This document shows, in pieces, positions 36,651 to 45,435 of a DNA stretch of 64,000 nucleotides; within the stretch, counting starts at the first letter, position 1; each line of letters begins with the position of its first letter. A program made the position numbers and the translations under genes. The stretch lies in IMG/VR virus record IMGVR_UViG_3300017917_002814, positions 64,001-128,000 of that record. The stretch is one strand, 5' to 3'. This DNA comes from a virus. The notes under the pieces were generated by a model, which saw only the letters and a program-made list of their open reading frames with translations, was not told the origin of the DNA and searched no databases.

Positions 36651-39271
36651 TTTTTGCTTTTGTTACCCCAATTGGCTGCACCTTTTTTACGGCATCGTAC
36701 TAAGGCACCTGATGCATAGGCTGACGGCCATACCTTGTAACGACTTTTCACTTTGTGATAGCAGGCATCTTGTTTTTCTGCAAGCATACGATCGCTGTAA
36801 GCAGTACCACCACATTCGGGACACAAGGTTGCTGTTTCTGTTACTATTTCATATCCTGCACGACGCATTTCCTCTAGATACTGTTCAACATCTTCGTTGG
36901 CATAATTCATTTTGGTCGTTCTAGCGTTCGGAGTATACATTTGTTTTACTGATGCTACTTTTCTGTTGGGATTTTGAGCTACAACACTACCAAGAACTAC
37001 TTCATTGCTGGGTCCTGATCCTTGTTCATGATTAGCTTTTATAACTTTTTTCTTACCGTCTTTAAATGTCACTTCCCAACTGCTAGTAACTTGTTTGGCT
37101 TCGTTGACACCATACTTCTTCTTTAGTTCTGCTTGCCGAGCATGGCGCTCTTGATCATTCTCAATGTCATACGACTTTGCAAACTCTTTATAATATTCAG
37201 GATCAGGTGCACCACGCTTTTTACGCAGCTCTTGAAAACGACGATCTAGTTTTTCTCTAGCTGAAGCTTCGTTAGTTGGTTTAGATTGCTCATAATCTTT
37301 AACTGTTTGACGCAATTCTTTTTTTGCTTCAGGGGACAGTTGAGCTTTGGTATCAGTGGAGGGCTTGGTATAATCAACGGCTTTAACTGTTTGTCTTAAA
37401 GATTGTTTTTCTTGATCAGACAATTTTTTATCTTCCGATGTTGGTTCTTTTGGCTGTGGCCTTGGTTGAGGTGCTCGAGGAATTTCTGGTATGTCAAACC
37501 CGCCTTCGCGCATGGCTGAGATACGCTGCTCTGCAATCATGATCAAGTCGCGCATTTCCTCAACACTCTCACAGTTCCATCTACGTAGCGCCTTGTTGAT
37601 TGGACTATCGGGATCTCTTTTTGTCTTGGCTCCAGCGTGTGCCCGCTTCATGCCGCTCATTCTGGCACAAAAACTTTTGCGACGCTTGGCACTCTTTGAC
37701 CCTTTTTTTAGTTTACTTGGCTTGGTGGTCACTGCTGTTTGCAATTTACTGCCTGGGTTTTCTCGACGATACGCTTTAACTGCTTTGCGACTCATTCCTG
37801 GAGTCCGGTCTTTGCGATTTACTTTTTTCCAATCTTCCGCCACACCTTGTTCGTCTAATGGTTCATCACCAATGGTAGGACGATACTCTTGAGGTTCAAG
37901 GCCTCGTATGGCTCTATAAGCTGCATCTAAAATTTCCATCTTTGTTGGATGGTCGAGCCCTTTATACCAAGGTTGTTCTTGCAATTGATCAAACACATCT
38001 TTGCGTTCTGCATTAGAAAAATCTTCTTCGTAGTCCCAATAGGTAAATGATACCTTCTTGCCTTCGATATCTAAAGTCAAATGCATTTGATCTAGGTCGT
38101 AATCTTGATCAACAACACTTATGTCTTCCGCCACATCTTTAACTACACGAGCAACACCAACCCGTTGGTCTTTAGGCTCTATGGGTTGCCGACCACGCTC
38201 TTGTTCTCGACGCTTTTGTGCAGCAAGATCTGCCACACTACCTTTTCTAGGCTTCTTGGCACCGTATGAGAAAGGCCCTGCTTCGGCTACAGGATTCTTA
38301 CCTATATGCCACCCACGACCAGGCCCATAATCATTGGGAGTTGGCAAATCATAATATTGTTTGTAAAGTGTGTCCCATTCAGGATGTCCAGGTTCTACAA
38401 TATATGGTTCGCCATAGTTTAGGTCTAATTCAAAAGCCGTGCCGGCGTCTCTGATCTCGTAGTAGTGCGGAAAGCGACCAAGTTCGGATCCTTGTTGTTG
38501 TAAAGTATCTTCGTCAGGAACGTCATCTTCTTGCACCGGCTGCTGCGGAACTATATCTATTTTTGCATTTTTAGGTACAATGGTGTTAATGGTCAACTCA
38601 TCACCAAAATCTCTGCTGGTGTCCAATGCTCTGACACGTTGGTTTCCTGACTTATCTGTGCTTACTGATGCTACTCGATGTTTATAATTTTCATCACCAT
38701 CTTTGTTAGTAAGAGTTCTTATGCTTTGTACGTATGAGGTATGCGGAGACTTATCATCAAATTCTTCTGTTTCTTGCACTGGTTGATCAGCATATTGACC
38801 AAAATGTTGTTGCTGTTGTTGATAGTTAGCTGCTCTCTCAGCATCGCTATAGCCTTGACCGGATGCCATTCTTTGGGAGTAGTCAGCCATTTTTTCTGGA
38901 GTCCAGTTCTTGGCTTTATAGTCGGCCATGCTCTGTTTATAATCAGCACTGGACATACTACCTATTTTAGATATACGTGTGCTTCCGTCTGGTTGTGTTT
39001 TTGCTTCCCAGCCTTGTGGTACATTAAGGGGAGCTTGTTCATCGACTTCCTTGCGTTTATTAGATAAAACAGATCTTATCCAAAAACTTTCAGTCGCTTG
39101 GTGACTGTCAAATGGACCACCTTTGATACTATAATTTTTTTCTTCGGCATAAGCTTTAGCTGTCTTGCCCACAGGTTTTCGCATGATCATGGGCCGACCA
39201 CGCTGGTCATACACAGCATAATATTCTTCGTTGCTGTTTTCTGTTATTTTAAATAAATCATTTATAAACAT
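36647..39271 (-). CDS. large modular putative internal head polyprotein
   Basis: MFINDLFKITE N-terminus; about 14 unrelated segments ending in VDE/VQE/VAE/TNE/VNE/VTE/LAE. Confidence 0.65.
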   Translation of the reverse strand: MFINDLFKITENSNEEYYAVYDQRGRPMIMRKPVGKTAKAYAEEKNYSIKGGPFDSHQATESFWIRSVLSNKRKEVDEQAPLNVPQGWEAKTQPDGSTRISKIGSMSSADYKQSMADYKAKNWTPEKMADYSQRMASGQGYSDAERAANYQQQQQHFGQYADQPVQETEEFDDKSPHTSYVQSIRTLTNKDGDENYKHRVASVSTDKSGNQRVRALDTSRDFGDELTINTIVPKNAKIDIVPQQPVQEDDVPDEDTLQQQGSELGRFPHYYEIRDAGTAFELDLNYGEPYIVEPGHPEWDTLYKQYYDLPTPNDYGPGRGWHIGKNPVAEAGPFSYGAKKPRKGSVADLAAQKRREQERGRQPIEPKDQRVGVARVVKDVAEDISVVDQDYDLDQMHLTLDIEGKKVSFTYWDYEEDFSNAERKDVFDQLQEQPWYKGLDHPTKMEILDAAYRAIRGLEPQEYRPTIGDEPLDEQGVAEDWKKVNRKDRTPGMSRKAVKAYRRENPGSKLQTAVTTKPSKLKKGSKSAKRRKSFCARMSGMKRAHAGAKTKRDPDSPINKALRRWNCESVEEMRDLIMIAEQRISAMREGGFDIPEIPRAPQPRPQPKEPTSEDKKLSDQEKQSLRQTVKAVDYTKPSTDTKAQLSPEAKKELRQTVKDYEQSKPTNEASAREKLDRRFQELRKKRGAPDPEYYKEFAKSYDIENDQERHARQAELKKKYGVNEAKQVTSSWEVTFKDGKKKVIKANHEQGSGPSNEVVLGSVVAQNPNRKVASVKQMYTPNARTTKMNYANEDVEQYLEEMRRAGYEIVTETATLCPECGGTAYSDRMLAEKQDACYHKVKSRYKVWPSAYASGALVRCRKKGAANWGNKSKK
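37833..38135. repeat. 12-bp direct repeat TCTTCCGCCACA flanking one protein module
   Basis: Identical 12-mers at 37833-37844 and 38124-38135 (minus strand TGTGGCGGAAGA, encoding V-A-E-D). Confidence 0.75.
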
Positions 39272-39272
39272 A

Positions 39273-40211
39273 TTACATTGCCTGCCTTCTTAATTCTGCA
39301 ACTTGTTTTACTAAATCTGCTATCTGACGTTTAATATCGTTTCTCTGTGCTGTCATTTGCTGCAAACTCATGGTCTTTTCAACTGGATTTGCACCTTGTG
39401 GAAATTGCTTGTTTATGTCTGCCAATTGCCGTCTCAGGCCTGTAATTTGTGCCACTAGTGCTGCTATCTGCCCTTGTATTTGTTGTTTACCTGCTTTTCT
39501 TTCTTGTGCTTTGGCAAATTCTTCTGCAGGATTTCTAGCAGTGTCATTGCCGATCCCTGAGCCAGGAGCGCCGTATTCGGAGATAGGAGTTTCGTTTTCG
39601 CCCCACTCCGGCCACCTTAGGCCTTTGGGATTCCGCGGATCTGCAGGAGGTACCATTACATCCTGTGGTTGTTTTGGTTCTTCGGGTTTGAATTCTTTAG
39701 CAGATCCGGGTTGGTAGGGATTGTTCTCCAGATTTTGTTTCAATTGTTGAAACATTTTTTCTGCCTGAGGACTCTGTGGTGCATATCCTCCTGTGATCTT
39801 ACGAACTTCGTCATACCAAGCACCGCTGTACTTTTTAAGTTGTATACGTTTATCTACACCTTGAATATGTCCAGGTGGAACGATAATTTCCCATCCGTGA
39901 ATATTTGTAGGGTCATTGGGGTCAGCGTGAATTTCAATGCCTTCATTGACTTCCAGATCCTGTTTGTATTCTTGCCATTCTTGAAACAGATCTCGTTTGA
40001 CAGGATTACTGTTTATAACCTGACTCAATTCTTTAAGCAAGCTGTTGGACTCTTCAACACTTTCGGCTGCACCATCGCCTACCATTCGACTGCGAGATTT
40101 CTTTGCACTGTCCTTGCCCCGCCAGTATCCAGGCCATTTAGGACCTGTTGGTTTACGCTCAGCTGATGACATGCTGTCCATTTTCTCCAACAGGTTTTTT
40201 ATATTGCTCAT
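39273..40211 (-). CDS. modular putative internal head protein
   Basis: MSNIKNLLE N-terminus; junctions VEE, VNE, ISE; C-terminal coiled coil. Confidence 0.6.
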   Translation of the reverse strand: MSNIKNLLEKMDSMSSAERKPTGPKWPGYWRGKDSAKKSRSRMVGDGAAESVEESNSLLKELSQVINSNPVKRDLFQEWQEYKQDLEVNEGIEIHADPNDPTNIHGWEIIVPPGHIQGVDKRIQLKKYSGAWYDEVRKITGGYAPQSPQAEKMFQQLKQNLENNPYQPGSAKEFKPEEPKQPQDVMVPPADPRNPKGLRWPEWGENETPISEYGAPGSGIGNDTARNPAEEFAKAQERKAGKQQIQGQIAALVAQITGLRRQLADINKQFPQGANPVEKTMSLQQMTAQRNDIKRQIADLVKQVAELRRQAM

Positions 40212-41464
40212 CTGTCGTAAACGCCTTTTCCTACAGCCACTTTTTTCTGTTTGTAGGTATTGCCAACTTTTTTAGGTACACCTGATGTTGGCTTATGACC
40301 GGGACCACCTATACTGGTAGCAACAGCACCAGCTGAGCTTGCTCCACCTGTGGCGCTTTCTTTAACAGATTCTTTTTTTTCAAAATACAAAGATCTTTTA
40401 TTTTTTTCAAAAGGATTCATACCACCGCCACCACCGCCACCACCGCCACCACCCATACCTCTGCCGCCTGATGGTCTTGAACTTTTGTACATCGGACCTC
40501 CTAGTGCGTCTGTGGCAGTGTTTGGAAGTCCTAATTTACCTGCCGCTCTTTGAATCAACGATGGAGGATTTGGATTACCTCTTACAACTTCACCTCCCGA
40601 TCTTATTACATCTCCTCTAGCGTTTCTTCCTTGATAATTTCTAGCACTATCATAACGTTCTTCTTCTCGGCGTGCAGCTAGATCTCTTTCTTCTCCGGTT
40701 TCGCCCATTTCGTTTACAGGCTCATCACTTTCGTATTGCATTGGACGGAAGCGACGATTAGCAAGATCAAACATACTCATGCCTCCTCCACCACCACCGC
40801 TGCCACCACCAAATCTAGTAGCTGGAATTTTGCTCACTCGAGGGACACCTTCTGGTCGTTCTACTCTACTAGCTTTTCCGCCTCCTACTAACTGTCCGCT
40901 TTGAGTGAAATCTCTTACCCCCGCACCTTGCGGTCCACTAGGGCCGGTCCTTTTTGCTCCAGGCAGTCCTTCGTCGCCTAGATTACTAGGAATGTTTCTT
41001 TGTGCATATCTTTGTAAGTCAGGATTGATTTCTCCTTTTGGCGCACTCATTATTCTATCTCTAGGACGTGAAGGAGCATATCCTTTTTCTGGATCTACAT
41101 AATCCCCACCTGGTTTGTGAACTTTAATTGGATCATCGTCGTCTTCGGCCAACAAACTTTCAATTGCATAATCAGCAGCACCTTCAGCAAACGCCATCAT
41201 TTCTGGTTCTTGACTAACAGCTTCATATTTCATGTAGTCTCGCACACTTTCTAGGTACTGGCTTGCTAGTGTAAGCTTGCTTTGTACCCAACCTTCAAGT
41301 CCTTCCATTTCACTCACATCTCGAAGCAGTTTATGTATTTCAATTGCCGCTTGTGCTGCCGAATACATTTGACTTCTAGCCATTTGCACTTCATGGTCTC
41401 TATGCATGTCATCTGCTTCTTGTGCAATAATACTGTTTTCTACTATGAATTCTGCTGGTTTCAT
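40208..41464 (-). CDS. modular Gly-rich putative internal head protein
   Basis: MKPAEFIVE N-terminus; junctions LAE, VNE, VKE; poly-Gly tracts; TAAATA upstream. Confidence 0.6.
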   Translation of the reverse strand: MKPAEFIVENSIIAQEADDMHRDHEVQMARSQMYSAAQAAIEIHKLLRDVSEMEGLEGWVQSKLTLASQYLESVRDYMKYEAVSQEPEMMAFAEGAADYAIESLLAEDDDDPIKVHKPGGDYVDPEKGYAPSRPRDRIMSAPKGEINPDLQRYAQRNIPSNLGDEGLPGAKRTGPSGPQGAGVRDFTQSGQLVGGGKASRVERPEGVPRVSKIPATRFGGGSGGGGGGMSMFDLANRRFRPMQYESDEPVNEMGETGEERDLAARREEERYDSARNYQGRNARGDVIRSGGEVVRGNPNPPSLIQRAAGKLGLPNTATDALGGPMYKSSRPSGGRGMGGGGGGGGGGGMNPFEKNKRSLYFEKKESVKESATGGASSAGAVATSIGGPGHKPTSGVPKKVGNTYKQKKVAVGKGVYDR

Positions 41465-41488
41465 CTTGTTTTCCCGATAATGTAATAT

Positions 41489-41836
41489 TTATTGTTGTGT
41501 ATGATTTAACATATTGTCGACTATAAAACGCCATTCAATTTCTAAATCATTGGTTTTAAGTAAATTTTTATTCACTGTTGTGTTGTTTACCTTAAAATTA
41601 TCAATTTCAAACCGTGCGTTTCTGTCTAAATTTTCTAACTTGAACGTATGTACTCCAGTATCTAAATCACAGAATAGATGCTCTTTGATATAATTTTGAT
41701 AACTAGGCCAGCCAAAAGTGCGTTCGGTTAGCATTTCTCCATTTACATAAAGCCTATAAACTGGTGGGTCGATGCTCCAATGGCTGTACACATCAACCTC
41801 CAATTTGGTATGCATTATTTTTTCCTGCCTTGACAA
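41489..41836 (-). CDS. hypothetical beta-rich protein
   Basis: PPVYRLYVNGE...G.HTFKLE; resembles the 43056 ORF. Confidence 0.6.
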   Translation of the reverse strand: MSRQEKIMHTKLEVDVYSHWSIDPPVYRLYVNGEMLTERTFGWPSYQNYIKEHLFCDLDTGVHTFKLENLDRNARFEIDNFKVNNTTVNKNLLKTNDLEIEWRFIVDNMLNHTQQ

Positions 41837-43026
41837 TGGGCTCGCTGACTAAAACCTCGAGGATTGTTACAATTTATACTACGCTTATACTTTGCGCTCC
41901 ATTTTTCCCTTAGTGTTGCAATTTGTTCTTGCAATTGTTCTACACTGTCAGCCAGATGCATTTTCTTTAGTTGGCGACCAACTTCACCAGGACGAATATC
42001 CTGTGTAAGACTGTGACTGTATCTTGGATCTTGAGCTTGTTTTTTATTTGCAATTACTCCCACCCCTGCTGCTTCTTCATAAAAACGATTCTGAATCCTC
42101 ATCTTTGTTCCAGGCTCGTTGTCAACCCAGTCATAGGGATTGCCCATTTCTTTAGGCTTATATGGATCGGCTATTATTTTATTACCAAGCTCTGTTTTTA
42201 AAGTATTTGATTGAAAATCGCCGGGCATGTCTATGGTTTTGGTATCCCACGGTTTCTTCGCATCAACTACATTATCTTGTTTTGCAGGATATTTGCCGGT
42301 ATTGTATTTGTCGTGTTTGTACAATTTGTATGCAGCCTGACCTGTAGCTTGTTGTAACGGTGTTAGTTCCGGGTCCTGGTCTTCGTTGACAGTCTGCGGA
42401 ATTTTGTCTAGTATACGACCAATTTCGGCATCATCACGACCATACATTTGCAATAAATATTCTGCCCTAGATTTAGGATCGTCTCTTACTGCGTTCCATG
42501 CTGCTCGAGCGGGTGTGCCGTGACTAACATCCACTGGTCGACCATTGATTTTAATTACCTTTTGACGCTCGTCGGCTATGATCACATATCCGTGCTTATC
42601 AGCAGTGGCGCATTTATCCAAGCTTTCAAATGTTTTAAAATAACCTGGACTGCCATCTTTTTTAACGCTGTCGGGACGAAGTCTATCACGGTCAGGTGAG
42701 CCCACTGCTGCTACAAAAATAGTGTTAGCGGGATTGAATTGCGGTTCTGGGAGCTTGTAGGGATTGGTTACTTCAATGATACGATCACTGGGTACACCAG
42801 CTGCATTCATTAGAACTGTTTTGTCGGAAAAATTAAATGGGCTTTTGGGGAGTTCTACTTTGTTGCTGGTAGCAATATATACATTATCTCGACCAAATTT
42901 GTTTTGTAAACTGCGGAATACTTCGCCGTGACCAAGATGAAAAGGTTGAAACCGACCCGGGTATAACACTACCAACTGCGGGCCGGCTTCTGCTACATAT
43001 GTTTCAAATAAATCAGCAATAAACAT
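41815..43026 (-). CDS. HIGH-family nucleotidyltransferase (cytidylyltransferase/NMNAT-like) with CTS-like N-terminus and C-terminal modules
   Basis: YPGRFQPFHLGH, SPFNFSDK, SHGTPAR; MFIADLFETYVAE start; tail modules after VNE, YEE, LRE. Confidence 0.75.
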   Translation of the reverse strand: MFIADLFETYVAEAGPQLVVLYPGRFQPFHLGHGEVFRSLQNKFGRDNVYIATSNKVELPKSPFNFSDKTVLMNAAGVPSDRIIEVTNPYKLPEPQFNPANTIFVAAVGSPDRDRLRPDSVKKDGSPGYFKTFESLDKCATADKHGYVIIADERQKVIKINGRPVDVSHGTPARAAWNAVRDDPKSRAEYLLQMYGRDDAEIGRILDKIPQTVNEDQDPELTPLQQATGQAAYKLYKHDKYNTGKYPAKQDNVVDAKKPWDTKTIDMPGDFQSNTLKTELGNKIIADPYKPKEMGNPYDWVDNEPGTKMRIQNRFYEEAAGVGVIANKKQAQDPRYSHSLTQDIRPGEVGRQLKKMHLADSVEQLQEQIATLREKWSAKYKRSINCNNPRGFSQRAHCQGRKK

Positions 43027-43055
43027 GGTAAATCCATTATATTGCTGTATTTAGC

Positions 43056-43538
43056 TTAAATGTTTTCAAGCAGCCAGATGTAGTAAGGACTAGTAAATGG
43101 TAAAATCCATCTACCATTCCAACCAAGATTTACACAATTCGAAACAGATTCAGGCAATTCTTGCTGCAACTGAGACATTTTTGCCTTATAAACTTCAGGA
43201 TAATCTGGACGATAATCGCTTGCAGTCCATAGTAAAGAAGCTAAGTCAATTTCATCAATTTCAATGGAATCTATATTTAATAGTAGATCTTCCATGATGT
43301 TACCGTTTGAATCTAATACTGTATCGTATATAGTTTTATTTAAAAATTCCACTACAAGTGAACAGTTTCCCTCGTCGATAGTTGCATCGAATTCAAAATA
43401 TTCAGTTTCGTTTATATTGCCTCTAAGTTCTCCATTGACAAATACTATATCATTTACTAGAATTTTGAACTTAGGTTGCTTTTTTTTTGAAGTGCCGCTT
43501 AAACCTATTTTAAAATGCAATGTCTCTTTATCTGACAT
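43056..43538 (-). CDS. hypothetical beta-rich protein
   Basis: 160 aa ending LGWNGRW..PF.SP.YIWLLENI. Confidence 0.65.
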   Translation of the reverse strand: MSDKETLHFKIGLSGTSKKKQPKFKILVNDIVFVNGELRGNINETEYFEFDATIDEGNCSLVVEFLNKTIYDTVLDSNGNIMEDLLLNIDSIEIDEIDLASLLWTASDYRPDYPEVYKAKMSQLQQELPESVSNCVNLGWNGRWILPFTSPYYIWLLENI

Positions 43539-43547
43539 AAAACTCCT

Positions 43548-44492
43548 TTATGCTGGTGCTTTCTGCGCCATTTTGATAGCGTCTGCAAGTGCGGCTGGGG
43601 CAGAATCACCCAATTCGGGCGCCAAACCACCTGGTTGTGCAAATTGTGGCATTTTACTTAGATCGCCGACAAATTCATAATGCCCGATGTGATTTAACAG
43701 GACTTTACCGTGTGCCCAAATTTCACCACCTAGCGCACTCCACCTACGGCAAAACAACCAATCTTCGCTTAGATAGTGTCCTTTTTCATCAATAGCCACG
43801 TCAAAGATACTGTACATTGTGGGTTCAAATTGCTTGCCAAGACCAACATCATCCACATATTTGGTCTCAGGATGTGCCTTGCAAAGTGTTTCGTACACAT
43901 GACGTTTAAACATTAAGAAACCAGTGCCCATGGTATCTACTGTGAAGATATCACCTTGAACCTTGGTTTCACGTTTGAGATTGATAACATAGTTCACCGG
44001 CAAGGCTTTTTTAGGGTATAGACCACCAATGACATCCTTATCGCAAGCCATCATTTGCAAAATACTTTCTGGCTGGAAACGAATATCAGCATCAATAAAC
44101 ATAAAGTGTGTAGCAGAAGTGTTGGTCATCATTTTAGCCATCAAGTTGTTACGTGCTCGTGTAACTAGGCTTTCGTTGACCATGGTGTCAAGACTCCAGT
44201 TTAAGCCAACTTGTTGCGCCATAAGAATGAAACGTAATAGTGAAGTCATTGTGGGTTCACTTACATTACCACCATAACAAGGCATACCAATATGAAGATG
44301 GCACTTGGTAAAATCAAAAGGAACACCTTGTTGTTGCTGTTGTTGTGCCTGCTGAGCAGCAGCGGCTTTGATCATAGCCACAGCATCTTGTGGGCTTGGT
44401 GTTGCAGCTTGTTTTGCTGCAACGGTTGCTTTAATTGCTGCCACGGCATCTGCCTGTGTGGTGGCAGTATCTCCAATTACTTTTTTGGTCAT
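43548..44492 (-). CDS. GT-A fold glycosyltransferase-like protein
   Basis: IGMPCYGG, ESLVTRARN, FMFIDADI (DxD), GTGFL, YLSEDWLFC, HIG. Confidence 0.8.
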   Translation of the reverse strand: MTKKVIGDTATTQADAVAAIKATVAAKQAATPSPQDAVAMIKAAAAQQAQQQQQQGVPFDFTKCHLHIGMPCYGGNVSEPTMTSLLRFILMAQQVGLNWSLDTMVNESLVTRARNNLMAKMMTNTSATHFMFIDADIRFQPESILQMMACDKDVIGGLYPKKALPVNYVINLKRETKVQGDIFTVDTMGTGFLMFKRHVYETLCKAHPETKYVDDVGLGKQFEPTMYSIFDVAIDEKGHYLSEDWLFCRRWSALGGEIWAHGKVLLNHIGHYEFVGDLSKMPQFAQPGGLAPELGDSAPAALADAIKMAQKAPA

Positions 44493-44517
44493 TGATTTCT
44501 CTCTTGGTTAAATTTGA

Positions 44518-44688
44518 TTAGGCTTTGTTTACTTCGACAACGACTCCGTTGCCAAATAGTTCTTCTGCTACCGATCCTAATGCTGTAATTATCTCGCTGT
44601 TGGCAAGATCGGGTGCATCTGTTGCATCAGAGTCTTTAACTAGTTTGCTGATTGTGATCACAATCACTTCTTCATGTATTTTTGCCAT
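44518..44688 (-). CDS. small hypothetical protein (not in ORF track)
   Basis: Manual translation MAKIHEEVIVITISKLVKDSDATDAPDLANSEIITALGSVAEELFGNGVVVEVNKA; AAGGA SD and TAAATA upstream. Confidence 0.65.
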   Translation of the reverse strand: MAKIHEEVIVITISKLVKDSDATDAPDLANSEIITALGSVAEELFGNGVVVEVNKA

Positions 44689-44712
44689 ATTAGCAATCCT
44701 TGAATAATAATG

Positions 44713-45435
44713 TTATTTATTATCCAAGCATACTAGCTCAGAAACTTCTCTAATAATATCTGGGTTGATTAAAGTGATAAATGTTGCTACGTGTTTGTCG
44801 TTGGAATAAAAATATGAACCCCAGATCCAATCATGTGGTTTGCTCAAACTTTCTTTGGTATGATCATTTATTCTAATTAAATCACCCAGACTGTTTAGAT
44901 AATTCAATATCTGTGTTCTAGTTTCAAAATTAAACTGTTTTTCTTTAAACCAAATTCTGTATCGATATTTGGGAGGTTTTTTAACAAGCACTACGTGTTT
45001 GTCTAGTAGTGTTTTTATTTCTTCATTTTCTGGTCCAACAATAGATATAATTTTGTCCTTGTGGTCAGGATCAATTGATTCGGCAACTGATTTGATCATT
45101 AATTCGTCTTCTGCATACACAGAAAGTTTTGGTTCTTCAGTACGAATTTTTACGTCAGGATACTCATAGTAAAGATTACTTAGACCATGTAAAAATCCAA
45201 CATCAGCTTCTTTTAAATACTTGTACAATTGTTTGTTGTACCAGGATCCTTGACGTTTATAATCTCGCACCCAACTTTGTCGTTTATCAAGGTCAACAGC
45301 TATATTTTCACACCTAATACTTTTACAACCCGGAGCATACAAGTCAAGTCGATAATAATATTGATTGTAAAATTGCTTGGATGATGATAATACTTTAATA
45401 TTCGGAGATAGGTTCTTCCAGAACAATGTATCCAT
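44713..45435 (-). CDS. hypothetical phage protein
   Basis: 240-aa ORF downstream of clpA. Confidence 0.65.
   Translation of the reverse strand: MDTLFWKNLSPNIKVLSSSKQFYNQYYYRLDLYAPGCKSIRCENIAVDLDKRQSWVRDYKRQGSWYNKQLYKYLKEADVGFLHGLSNLYYEYPDVKIRTEEPKLSVYAEDELMIKSVAESIDPDHKDKIISIVGPENEEIKTLLDKHVVLVKKPPKYRYRIWFKEKQFNFETRTQILNYLNSLGDLIRINDHTKESLSKPHDWIWGSYFYSNDKHVATFITLINPDIIREVSELVCLDNK

Noticed and set aside
40421-40452. (CCACCG)n and poly-Gly repeats as a possible array
   Set aside because: They are simple Gly-codon runs inside a coding sequence, with no spacers
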